A stretch of 64,000 nucleotides of DNA. Origin: Smithella sp. Lineage in GTDB: Bacteria > Desulfobacterota > Syntrophia > Syntrophales > Smithellaceae. A model generated the notes under the pieces. It was not told the origin of the DNA. It worked only from the letters and a program-made list of their open reading frames with translations, and searched no databases. The stretch is from assembly GCA_039679455.1 (NCBI GenBank), contig JBDKUX010000075.1, forward strand, positions 37,018 to 101,017. The letters run 5' to 3'. This document shows, piece by piece, positions 19,217-28,286 of the stretch. The position numbers were made by a program, and so were the translations under genes. Numbering within the stretch: position 1 is the stretch's first letter; every line of letters begins with the position of its first letter.

Positions 19217-20365
19217 ATGGCTGATGTATTTGTAAGCTACGCCAGTGAAGACCGCGAGACGGTGCGGAAACTCGCCGGTGTTTTGGAGTCGTACGGATAT
19301 TCCGTCTGGTGGGACCGCAAAATCATTGCCGGACAAACCTATGATCAGGTGATCGAACGTGAACTGGACATGGCCAGGGCCGCCGTTGTCCTTTGGTCCA
19401 AAAATTCAGTGACCTCCGAGTGGGTGAAAAATGAGGCTGCCGCTGCCGCGGAAAAAGGCGTGCTTGTTCCGGCACTCATTGAGAATGTCAAGTTGCCGCT
19501 GGAATTCCGGCGCAGGCAGACGGTTGATCTGGCCGGATGGGACGGCGATGAAACACACAGTGGCTTGACGTCTTTGCATGAGGGCATAGCAGTTACTATT
19601 TCCGGCACTGCAGCCGGCAAATCTATTCCAGTCACACCGTCACCAACACCGCCGTCACCCTCCCCGGCACTTCGCTACTGGATGTTTGCTTCAATTGCGG
19701 CGCTGGTTGTCATCGTAGGACTTGTTGCTTACTTCAAACCCTGGCAGGGTGAAAAAGAAAGAACCGTTGAAACCAGGGTAACAACTGATGTAAGACCAGA
19801 AGCTGATCGTACTGATTCAAACCGTCAACCGGAGGAGAGGCAACCATCAACTACTTTGGAAGAACGTAAACCTACAACTGACTACGCCTCTTTAATCCGC
19901 CGGCTTTCTCAAGATCAGCGCAGGGCGTTGGAGATGATGATCGGACAGGATAAATCTGCGGGATTGCGGCAAATTGAAAAAAATCTCGTCAATATAGATA
20001 AAGTCGTCAAGTCTTTTCCCCGGGACAACCCCGAAGAAAATGCCAATTTATTTGTTTCCATGGGCTATGCCCTGAAGGATATGCATCAAGCCTCCAAAGG
20101 CCGTCTTCCCTCCGACATGCGGCAGCAATATTTATTCCGCGCCCGGGCAAGCTTTGCTCAGGCCCTGCGGCTTGATCGTAGAAATGCAGGCGCCTATAAT
20201 GGGATGGGCAATGTTCTTTTCCTGGAAGGCAAGTTTGATGAAGCCCTGAAATACCACGCCAGGGCCTTGGCTCTGGCCGGAGGAAAAGATAAGTATCCGG
20301 CGGCGGAGCATGACCGTCAACTGGTTATGAAGGTTCGCGACGGCGAAATCCCTTTCGATTTCTAA
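19217..20365 (+). CDS. TIR domain - transmembrane helix - TPR-like repeat protein
   Basis: The N-terminal TIR carries 'DVFVSYASEDRETVRKL' and 'SEWVKNEA'. A Pro-rich linker is followed by one TM ('YWMFASIAALVVIVGLVAYF') and then TPR-like repeats ('AGAYNGMGNVLFLEGKFDEALKYHARALAL'). Confidence 0.8.
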   Translation: MADVFVSYASEDRETVRKLAGVLESYGYSVWWDRKIIAGQTYDQVIERELDMARAAVVLWSKNSVTSEWVKNEAAAAAEKGVLVPALIENVKLPLEFRRRQTVDLAGWDGDETHSGLTSLHEGIAVTISGTAAGKSIPVTPSPTPPSPSPALRYWMFASIAALVVIVGLVAYFKPWQGEKERTVETRVTTDVRPEADRTDSNRQPEERQPSTTLEERKPTTDYASLIRRLSQDQRRALEMMIGQDKSAGLRQIEKNLVNIDKVVKSFPRDNPEENANLFVSMGYALKDMHQASKGRLPSDMRQQYLFRARASFAQALRLDRRNAGAYNGMGNVLFLEGKFDEALKYHARALALAGGKDKYPAAEHDRQLVMKVRDGEIPFDF

Positions 20366-20490
20366 AATTCTATGCGTCTGGCACCTTTATTTTTTCTGCA
20401 AATAATGGTAATGCACCGCACTAATTATTCCAACACCATTTGGAGCTAATACCAAGTCGCATTCTTTGCCTAACTTTGTTGGCACAGCCT

Positions 20491-20610
20491 GCCCCGGCGC
20501 AGGCCGGGGTCGTCGGCTTCCTCAACCTCCCCCTTGTCCCACTCAAGAGGGGCATAGGGGGAGGTTGCCTGCGGAGCCTGTCCCCCGCCAGCGGGGGTTG
20601 GGGGTGGTTG
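20491..20610. repeat. GC-rich triple-hairpin repeat (right copy of the bipartite repeat)
   Basis: Three hairpins are present. The first is 'ccccggc gcag gccgggg' (20492-20509). The second is a perfect 12-bp stem, 'caacctccccct' (20523-20534) pairing with 'agggggaggttg' (20556-20567). The third is 'cccccg ccag cggggg' (20582-20597). Its layout resembles the copy at 11390-11470. Confidence 0.6.
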
Positions 20611-20682
20611 CCGCCGCGTTATGCTTTGAATGCAACTTGGCATAATATAATGGTACCTTAAGCAGACGGAGCCGATTCGCAA

Positions 20683-23600
20683 GTGGATAATTCTTCATCT
20701 GAAATCAAAAAGAATCGTATTCTTCGGCGTTCCAGACGCCGGCGCATATTCTCCGGCATTGTTATACTGATAATTGCGGTTCTGGTCGGGCTGGTGGCTA
20801 TAGAGTTAAAAACATCCTATCTTGAGGCGCGATATCTATCCAAATTCGCACAAAAAGTTTCCTTTTCGGTACAACCTGGCCCTAATTCCTCTCTTCACTT
20901 TCCTGAATATGGTCCCTATGATGAGCGCTTGGGTTATACTCAACTGCCTGATTTTCTAAAAAATCTAGTTGCTCAAGGATATCAGATTGAAGCGCAGGCC
21001 CGTGTTTCTTCCAGCTTCAACGACATGACAGACTGGGGGCTTTACCCAAGTTTCCGGGAAAAAAACCAGGCAGGACTGACCATTCTGGCTAATGACGGTC
21101 GAGATCTTTTCAGGGCACAGTATCCGGAACGGATTTATAACAGTTTCGAATCAGCGCCCTCGCTGATCGTAAACACGCTGCTTTTTATTGAGAACAGGGA
21201 ACTTCTCGATTCCAGCAACCCTGATCGCAACCCGGCGATAGAATGGGACCGGTTCGCTAAAGCCCTGATCGACAGAGCAACCAATGTCTTAAACTCGGAC
21301 CATCGGTTTGCGGGTGGAAGCACGCTGGCCACTCAATTGGAAAAATTCCGCCATTCCCCCGACGGCCGGACTTGCAATGCCCCTGAAAAATTGAGACAGA
21401 TGTTTTCCGCATCCCTGAGAGTTTACCATAACGGCCAAAATACCACGATGGCGCGCCGCCGTCTCATCGTCGACTACCTTAATTCTGTTCCTTTAGCCGC
21501 TCTTCCCGGATATGGTGAGATCAACGGGATTGGCGACGGCTTATGGGCCATATACGGAACTGATTTCAATACGGTTAACAGGCTTCTGTGCGACGGCTGC
21601 ACATCAGACGCCGCCCAAAAGGCCCTGGCCTACAAGCAGGTATTGAGCCTCTTTATCGCACAACGCCGTCCGGCTTTTTATCTCATGACTAATCGTGACG
21701 CTCTTGAGTCGGCGACGAATAATCATCTGCAAATGCTCTGCAAGGCGGGAGTTATTTCACCCGAGTTGCGCGACAGCGCGCTTCCCTTAAAACTCAATTT
21801 TCGTAAAGAACCGCCCGAACCTCCTGCCGTCTCCTTTGTCGGCCGCAAGGCCGCCAACGCTATTCGCCGCCAGCTAAGCACCGTGTTGGGTATACCGCGT
21901 CTGTATGCTCTTGACCGCCTGGACCTCGCCGTCAAGAGCACCCTGGACGGTGCAACTCAGGACGAAGTGAATAAGATTTTACTCAAGTTAAGCAATCCGG
22001 AATACATAGCGGAGGCCGGACTCGGCGGCGCCAGGCTGCTGGGCAGCGGCGATCCGGGCAAAGTTATTTATAGTTTTACTCTTTACGAACATGTCGGCAA
22101 TGCGAATCTTTTGCGCATTCAGACCGACAATTTTGACCAGCCGTTTGATATTAATGAAGGGGTGAAGATCGAACTGGGCTCAACAGCGAAACTGCGTACA
22201 CTGGTTACCTACCTGGAAATCATCGCCTCTTTGCATGAGCGCTATGCGCTGCTGCCGCAGGATCAGCTGCGTGCAATCAAAGTGGAAAGCGGTGACCGGC
22301 TGTCCCAATGGGTCGTGGATTACTTATCCGCCGGCAATGACGGCTCTCTTGCGGCAATACTGGAAGCGGCCATGCAGCGCCGTTACTCGGCAAGCTCCGG
22401 AGAAGTCTTCTTTACGGGCGGCGGCCAGCATATATTCCATAACTTCGAAAAATCGGACGACTCGAGAATTTTTACAGTTCACGACGCCTTGAGGAGCTCG
22501 ATCAATCTGGTATTCATAAGGATGATGCGCGATATCGTTCGCTATTACATGTACAACGTTCCCGGTTCAACGGCCAGGATTCTCACTGATGGAAAAGACC
22601 CGGCGCGGCAGGCTTACCTGGCGCGGTTTGCTGATAAGGAGGGCCGGATTTTTCTCAATCGTTTCTATAACAAATATCGTGAATTAAAGACCGAAGAACA
22701 GTTGGAACTGCTCCTGCAAAGCGTGCGCCCGACCCCTACACGGATGGCGGCAATCTTCCGCTTTGTGAAACCGACAGCCGGCGTTACGGAATTTAGCGCG
22801 TTTCTGAAGTCCCAGACACCTTCATCCACCCTGTCGGTGCAGGAAATAGAAAATCTGTATAATACATACGGTCCCGAAAGGTGGGATCTCCAGGACCGGG
22901 GTTATATTGCCCGCCTTCATCCCCTGGAGCTCTGGCTGGTGGCCTATCTTCGCGCCCATCCCGCTGCCGGGCGCTCCGAGATAGTTCGGGCCAGCACTAA
23001 TGAACGCCAGGAAGTCTACCGATGGCTTTTCCAAACGCACTGGAAAAACGCCCAGGACATTAGAATTCGGAGTCTTCTGGAAGTTGAGGCTTTTCTGGAA
23101 ATTCACAAGGTATGGAAAAGGCTGGGCTACCCGTTTGATTATCTTGTCCCTTCCTACGCCACCGCCATCGGAAGTTCGGCCGATCGTCCGGCTTCTTTGA
23201 CGGAACTGGTTGGAATCATTTTGAACGGAGGCATCAAGTATCCTGTTGCCCGGATTAACGAACTTCACTTTGCCTCCGGCACACCCTATGAAACTTTGTT
23301 GAGGCGGAAGGAAGTTGAAGGTCAGAGAGTTTTGCCTTCTGAACTTTGCGCCGTTGTGCGCCGCGCTTTGATCGATGTAGCGGAAAAAGGCACCGCACAG
23401 CAGATTCGCGGAGCATTCATCAAGAGCGATGGAACGCCTGTTTCCGTGGGCGGTAAAACGGGGACAGGCGATAACCGGCGAGATGTCTACGGTAAGGGGG
23501 GACAGCTCCTGGAATCCCATGTCATCAACCGCGCGGCTGTATTTGTCTTCTTTATCGGCGATCGCTTTTTTGGTACAATTACTGCGTACGTACCCGGACA

Positions 23601-23778
23601 ACAGGCTGCAGGCTATAACTTTACCAGTTCCTTGCCTGTCAGAATTTTAAAAATGATTGCTCCTTCACTGAAGCCTCTGATCGAAAACGATGCAGGAATC
23701 AAAACTCCCGCTTCTAAAAATCAGCAAAACACTGCCCTGCAAGATTTTAACGGAGCTTTTTTAAAAGGCAGCCGCTGA
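20683..23778 (+). CDS. large divergent class-A penicillin-binding-protein-like protein (transglycosylase + transpeptidase motifs)
   Basis: The 1031-aa ORF has an N-terminal membrane anchor ('IFSGIVILIIAVLVGLVAIEL'), GT51-like 'LLFIENRELLD' and 'GGSTLATQLEKF', and transpeptidase-like 'STAK', 'SIN' and 'GGKTGTG'. It uses a GTG start. Confidence 0.6.
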   Translation: MDNSSSEIKKNRILRRSRRRRIFSGIVILIIAVLVGLVAIELKTSYLEARYLSKFAQKVSFSVQPGPNSSLHFPEYGPYDERLGYTQLPDFLKNLVAQGYQIEAQARVSSSFNDMTDWGLYPSFREKNQAGLTILANDGRDLFRAQYPERIYNSFESAPSLIVNTLLFIENRELLDSSNPDRNPAIEWDRFAKALIDRATNVLNSDHRFAGGSTLATQLEKFRHSPDGRTCNAPEKLRQMFSASLRVYHNGQNTTMARRRLIVDYLNSVPLAALPGYGEINGIGDGLWAIYGTDFNTVNRLLCDGCTSDAAQKALAYKQVLSLFIAQRRPAFYLMTNRDALESATNNHLQMLCKAGVISPELRDSALPLKLNFRKEPPEPPAVSFVGRKAANAIRRQLSTVLGIPRLYALDRLDLAVKSTLDGATQDEVNKILLKLSNPEYIAEAGLGGARLLGSGDPGKVIYSFTLYEHVGNANLLRIQTDNFDQPFDINEGVKIELGSTAKLRTLVTYLEIIASLHERYALLPQDQLRAIKVESGDRLSQWVVDYLSAGNDGSLAAILEAAMQRRYSASSGEVFFTGGGQHIFHNFEKSDDSRIFTVHDALRSSINLVFIRMMRDIVRYYMYNVPGSTARILTDGKDPARQAYLARFADKEGRIFLNRFYNKYRELKTEEQLELLLQSVRPTPTRMAAIFRFVKPTAGVTEFSAFLKSQTPSSTLSVQEIENLYNTYGPERWDLQDRGYIARLHPLELWLVAYLRAHPAAGRSEIVRASTNERQEVYRWLFQTHWKNAQDIRIRSLLEVEAFLEIHKVWKRLGYPFDYLVPSYATAIGSSADRPASLTELVGIILNGGIKYPVARINELHFASGTPYETLLRRKEVEGQRVLPSELCAVVRRALIDVAEKGTAQQIRGAFIKSDGTPVSVGGKTGTGDNRRDVYGKGGQLLESHVINRAAVFVFFIGDRFFGTITAYVPGQQAAGYNFTSSLPVRILKMIAPSLKPLIENDAGIKTPASKNQQNTALQDFNGAFLKGSR

Positions 23779-23818
23779 AGGAACGCGCCATAAGACAGAA
23801 TGCAATGGATGAATTGTT

Positions 23819-24889
23819 ATGAGCAAATACTGGAGTAACCTGGTTAAAAACATCAAACCCTATGTTCCCGGTGAACAGCCGAAAGACCAGAAATACATTA
23901 AACTGAATACCAATGAAAATCCTTACCCGCCTTCCGCAAAAGCTCTTGAGGCCATCAAAAATGCCGCCAACGAGACGTTGCGGCTGTATCCCGATCCGGC
24001 GGGCGATATACTGCGGGAAACTATTGCCGGGCACTTCCATCTGACAAAGGAGAATGTTTTTATCGGTAACGGCTCCGATGAATTGCTGGCTTTTTCTTTT
24101 CCGGCTTTTTTTGAGCCGGCAGGCCTGCCCATTCTTTTTGCCGAAGTCACGTATAGTTTCTATCCGGTTTACGCGGAGTTTTTTAACATCTCTTATCGGC
24201 TGATTCCGGTTGATGACGAATTCAACATCTCCATCGATGGATACTTTCAGGAAAACGGCGGCATCATCATCGCCAATCCCAATGCGCCCAGCGGCCGGGG
24301 TATTCCGCTTGCGACCATCGAAAATATTCTGCAGCAAAACAAAAGCAGTGTCGTCATTCTTGACGAAGCCTATATTGATTTCGGCGGCCAGTCCGCAGCC
24401 GGTCTGATCAATCGCTGCACAAATCTGCTGGTGATCCGGACATTGTCCAAATCATACTCGCTGGCCGGATTAAGAATGGGATTCGCCTTAGGCAGTGCAG
24501 AACTGATTGAAGGCCTTACCCGTGTCAAAGATTCAATCAATTCCTATACGGTCGACCGTCTCGCCCAGGCCGGAGCGCGCGAGGCAATTAAAGACGATGC
24601 TTACTTTCAGGAAACACGGGCAAAAATTATCAGGACGCGCGAGCGTGCAACTGCAAGGCTCATAGATCTGGGATTTCACGTTATCCCTTCGCAGGCTAAT
24701 TTCATCTTTATCAGCCACACGCAATGCCATGGACGCATCCTCTTTCAAAAGCTGCGGGGAAAAGGAATTTTAGTGCGTTATTTTGACAAGCCTAGAATCG
24801 ACAACTACCTCCGGGTAACTATCGGAACGGACGAGGAAATGGACGTTTTCCTCCAGGAAGCAGAGCGGATACTGGCATCGGCTCTGTGA
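23819..24889 (+). CDS. hisC: histidinol-phosphate aminotransferase
   Basis: It carries 'LNTNENPYPPS', 'YPDP', 'ILDEAYIDF' and the PLP-lysine motif 'SKSYSLAGLRMGF'. At 356 aa it is the typical HisC size. Confidence 0.85.
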   Translation: MSKYWSNLVKNIKPYVPGEQPKDQKYIKLNTNENPYPPSAKALEAIKNAANETLRLYPDPAGDILRETIAGHFHLTKENVFIGNGSDELLAFSFPAFFEPAGLPILFAEVTYSFYPVYAEFFNISYRLIPVDDEFNISIDGYFQENGGIIIANPNAPSGRGIPLATIENILQQNKSSVVILDEAYIDFGGQSAAGLINRCTNLLVIRTLSKSYSLAGLRMGFALGSAELIEGLTRVKDSINSYTVDRLAQAGAREAIKDDAYFQETRAKIIRTRERATARLIDLGFHVIPSQANFIFISHTQCHGRILFQKLRGKGILVRYFDKPRIDNYLRVTIGTDEEMDVFLQEAERILASAL

Positions 24890-24958
24890 CCAACCTGCCC
24901 ATAACGGTCCAAGCCGACCTATACCGGATTGACCGGTGAAGCATCCCTGAAAATTCCC

Positions 24959-24986
24959 TTGATCTTAATATATTTAGTAGTATCAT
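24959..24986 (+). promoter_or_regulatory. possible sigma70-type promoter of the V-ATPase operon
   Basis: TTGATC, a 16-nt spacer and TATCAT sit ~60 nt upstream of the first operon gene. This is a by-eye match only. Confidence 0.25.
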
Positions 24987-25045
24987 TTGTACCGTGGGTT
25001 AAGAAATAATTTCGGCAATCTGTTCAACGGGACAATGGTGCAGGT

Positions 25046-25354
25046 ATGGATGAAGTGATCAACCAGATCATGGAAATTGAAAAGAAGTGCGCAAGCGACG
25101 TCGAGCAAGCCGAAGCAGAGTATCTAAAAAAAATTAAAGAATACAAAAATATTCTTGAGGGAAAAAAGACAAGGGAACACGCCCGCATTATATCCGCAGA
25201 AAGCACCAGACTAACCCAGGCAATAGAGAAAACAAAAAAAGAAATCGAGGCTGCCTCCGCCGCTTTCAATAGTGACAGCGAAAGCCGCTTTCAGGATCCC
25301 CTTCTGAAGGAAGCAGTTAAAGAAGAGATAATTTCCATCCTGCTGAAGAGTTGA
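25046..25354 (+). CDS. V/A-type ATPase small peripheral-stalk subunit (G/H-like)
   Basis: This 102-aa all-helical, coiled-coil protein is rich in E, K and A. It is the first gene of the V-type ATPase operon. Confidence 0.5.
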   Translation: MDEVINQIMEIEKKCASDVEQAEAEYLKKIKEYKNILEGKKTREHARIISAESTRLTQAIEKTKKEIEAASAAFNSDSESRFQDPLLKEAVKEEIISILLKS

Positions 25355-25409
25355 TAAGTTGGAAATTATTTTCGGCGCTTTTAGGGGCAGAAAATAATTT
25401 CGTTTACAC

Positions 25410-26390
25410 ATGTATACCATTAACCGGAGCCGGGAAGTCATGCGAAATTATGCCGATAAAGTAAATCTCCATGCCCGGATACATGCCCTTAAAGGCCGCC
25501 TGCTTTCACCTGGAGACTATGCCTCCATGATTAGAGCGCAACAGGCAAATTCCCTCAAGCTTTCCACCGCCTCCGATCTGATCACAGCAAAAGAATCGAT
25601 CTTCCGGGAACAGATTGCCCCGGCCATCGGCTTCGCCGAAGCATACGGCCAATATGCCCCGCTTTTTCTTGCCTATCTGCGCCAGTTTGAAGTGCATAAC
25701 TTCAAGATACTCCTGGCAAAGGCGGCAGAACTGGAAAGTGAGGAGTTGTGGTATGATATTTCCCCTTTCGCCATCCTGGAAAAAGATCTGCTGGCAAAAA
25801 AATTATCACCTGCCGAAATAAGAACGATTATCGCCGGCACCTACCTTGATGAAGATTTTAAGGATACTTCCAGTTACAGACAGATGGAAATCCACGCGGA
25901 TATTTGTATGGCCCGAAACCTTTACCAATCGGCACAATTCCTTTCCGGAGAAGCTAAAAAAGACTTTTACAACCTGATGCAAAGACGGATTGCTGTGTTG
26001 ACCGTAATCTGGTCTTACCGGCTTAAAGAATATTACCATTTCAGTGAAGAAAAAATCCGTTTTTATCTGCAGAGGTTCCATAGTCTATTCGACGGCTATG
26101 CCAAATTCCATTTTCGGATAATAGAAAAAGCGCAAAACCGTCAATTGGAACAACTCCATAAAGAAGGCGGCGGGGAACCATCCATAACGGATATTGAGCG
26201 CTACCTGGAACAGAATTATTTTGCCTGGGTTTCCTCCATGTTTCACCGGGATTTTCACTCAATTTACAGTGTTCTGGGCTATCTGTGGCTTCTTTACTAC
26301 CAGATTAGAAACTTGTTTCGCATTATTGACGGCCGGCGTTTCGGTTTCTCCGCCGATGCGATTCTGGACAAACTAACGCTTGAAGCATGA
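25410..26390 (+). CDS. V-type ATPase subunit C (d/AC39-like)
   Basis: The 326-aa helical protein has the right size and operon position for this subunit, and its 3' end overlaps the subunit I gene by 4 nt. An alternative start lies at 25440. Confidence 0.6.
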   Translation: MYTINRSREVMRNYADKVNLHARIHALKGRLLSPGDYASMIRAQQANSLKLSTASDLITAKESIFREQIAPAIGFAEAYGQYAPLFLAYLRQFEVHNFKILLAKAAELESEELWYDISPFAILEKDLLAKKLSPAEIRTIIAGTYLDEDFKDTSSYRQMEIHADICMARNLYQSAQFLSGEAKKDFYNLMQRRIAVLTVIWSYRLKEYYHFSEEKIRFYLQRFHSLFDGYAKFHFRIIEKAQNRQLEQLHKEGGGEPSITDIERYLEQNYFAWVSSMFHRDFHSIYSVLGYLWLLYYQIRNLFRIIDGRRFGFSADAILDKLTLEA

Positions 26391-28285
26391 GGACAGGCAT
26401 GTTCATAAAATCGAACATTCGTAAAATAACCATCGCCCTGGAAAAAGTCTTTTCTTCCCAAGTCTGGCTGGAGTTGGGCAAGGCGGAAATCATCCATCTT
26501 GCCCGTTTTGAGGAAAGAGATTTCGGAACGGACGCAAAACTTCAGGACGAGGAAGCACTGACACGGGAGATTATCTCGTCGACCGAGTACGCTCTCAGCG
26601 CCCTGCGCATAGAGTCTGAGAAGGTAGAAACAGCGGTAGAGTCAGTCAAACCAGGTTCCGATTCGGCGTTTGTCTCGAAGATAAAAATAACTACTGAACG
26701 AGCGGTTAAGCTTCGCAAAAAAATTCGGGAGACAATGGAGATTGTTGCCCGGCAAATGGAATTTGCCGCTGTACTGGACAAGATGGGCATCGATCCCGTA
26801 ATGATCGGCAAAACGCGCTTTTTGAAAACGATTTTTGGAACGATGGATAGTTCATCTTGGGATGCCCCTTCCGACAAACGATTTATGATCGCAAAATTGG
26901 ACAAATATGTATTCGGTCTGTCCACACCTGCGGATTTTCCCGCAATGACCCGGTTCCTCAAAGAATTCGGATTTAACGACAAATCCGCCGACATCAACCC
27001 GGTTTCCCTCGACAATCTTAAAAAACGCGCTCAGACACTACAACACCGCAGCGAAATCATCGACAGATATCTCCTTCATTTAAAAGAGGTGAATAGCCAA
27101 AAGCTCCAGCAGATAAGAAGCACTTACAAAAGCTATGATGAAATGCTGCAAGCCATGCGCACATCCCTGTTTTCTACAAGTACAATGTTCATAACGGGCT
27201 GGATGGATATGAAGGATAAAAAACGGCTGGTGGCAATTCTCCAGGGTATTTGTTCTGATAGATTTATCCTGTCGGAGCGCAAAGATCCCGACGCCCCCGT
27301 TCGCCTGCTGAACGTAAGATGGCTCAAACCTTTCGAACTGCTGGTGAAAACCATGGGCATGCCGTCCAACAGCGAAATTGATCCCACGCCGCTTGCAGCC
27401 ATTACTTTTGTTGTCATGTTCGGCCTCATGTTTGGCGATCTCGGTCAGGGGCTGGTTCTCATGATGCTTGGAATGGCGCTGAAAATGGTCGGCAGGAAAA
27501 AGGTGAAGGAAAATCTGGAGCAGGCGGGAGGAATCCTGATCGCCTGCGGAGGCTCCGCCGCCGTCTGCGGACTGCTCTACGGCAGTGTTTTTTCCAGCGA
27601 GCAGATCATTCCGGCGCTGTGGTTTCATCCCACCGCTCAGATTATGCAATTATTTGCAGCGACCATACTGATGGGAGTCGTGTTTATCATGGCCGGTCTA
27701 TGCATCAATATTCTTAACAACTTTCTTAATGCAGATTACACCGAAGCCCTCTTTGAGAAGCGGGGGCTTACTGTCCTCATTCTCTATGCTGCTGTTGTTG
27801 TTTTCGCTTTAGATTACCAAAAGACCGGTCAGTACCCCGCAATATGGTCCACTATCGCTTTTATCCTTTTGCCTCTCTTTATTTTTTCGTTCAGAGGGAT
27901 GCTGGGGGCCGCACTTTTTCAGAAAACAAAACCCGGCGTCATTTCGGAATATATCGTTGAAACAGTCATGGACATTGTCGAGATCGTCCTGAGCCTGTTT
28001 GCCAATACGATATCATTTATCAGGGTCGGAGCTTTTGCGCTTTCCCATGCGGGATTAAGCATCGTCACCTACACACTGGCGGGCATGGCCGATCCGGCAA
28101 TGAAATCCGCGGGTGCAATCATTATCATTGTAATGGGGAATATATTTATCATTGGTTTTGAAGGTTTGATTTGTGGTATTCAATCCATGCGTCTTGAATA
28201 CTACGAGTTCTTCGGTAAGTTTTTCCAAGGGAACGGGGTTGTGTTTACCCCTTTTACCCTAAAAGCAAAAGCATCGGAGGTGTAA
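26387..28285 (+). CDS. V-type ATPase subunit I (a)
   Basis: The 632-aa ORF has a soluble N-terminal half and a polytopic C-terminal half. The conserved Arg-containing helix is 'ISFIRVGAFALSHAGLS'. Confidence 0.85.
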   Translation: MRTGMFIKSNIRKITIALEKVFSSQVWLELGKAEIIHLARFEERDFGTDAKLQDEEALTREIISSTEYALSALRIESEKVETAVESVKPGSDSAFVSKIKITTERAVKLRKKIRETMEIVARQMEFAAVLDKMGIDPVMIGKTRFLKTIFGTMDSSSWDAPSDKRFMIAKLDKYVFGLSTPADFPAMTRFLKEFGFNDKSADINPVSLDNLKKRAQTLQHRSEIIDRYLLHLKEVNSQKLQQIRSTYKSYDEMLQAMRTSLFSTSTMFITGWMDMKDKKRLVAILQGICSDRFILSERKDPDAPVRLLNVRWLKPFELLVKTMGMPSNSEIDPTPLAAITFVVMFGLMFGDLGQGLVLMMLGMALKMVGRKKVKENLEQAGGILIACGGSAAVCGLLYGSVFSSEQIIPALWFHPTAQIMQLFAATILMGVVFIMAGLCINILNNFLNADYTEALFEKRGLTVLILYAAVVVFALDYQKTGQYPAIWSTIAFILLPLFIFSFRGMLGAALFQKTKPGVISEYIVETVMDIVEIVLSLFANTISFIRVGAFALSHAGLSIVTYTLAGMADPAMKSAGAIIIIVMGNIFIIGFEGLICGIQSMRLEYYEFFGKFFQGNGVVFTPFTLKAKASEV

Positions 28286-28286
28286 A

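Noticed and set aside
20475-20495. A sigma54-like 'TGGCAC-N5-CTGCC' lies upstream of the PBP-like gene, and another TGGCAC lies at ~20386.
   Set aside because: The -12 element deviates from TTGCW or has the wrong spacing. The site lies inside or next to the hairpin repeat, and no enhancer-binding protein gene is nearby.
20440-20682. Two ~70-aa ORFs (plus and minus strand) cover the GC-rich hairpin region.
   Set aside because: Their sequences are Pro/Gly/Arg-rich read-through of inverted repeats. I interpret the region as a structured repeat element, not as coding sequence.
22822-24337. Minus-strand ORFs of 259 aa and 196 aa lie opposite the PBP-like gene and hisC.
   Set aside because: They are antisense to genes with clear family motifs. 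They are shadow frames with no independent support.
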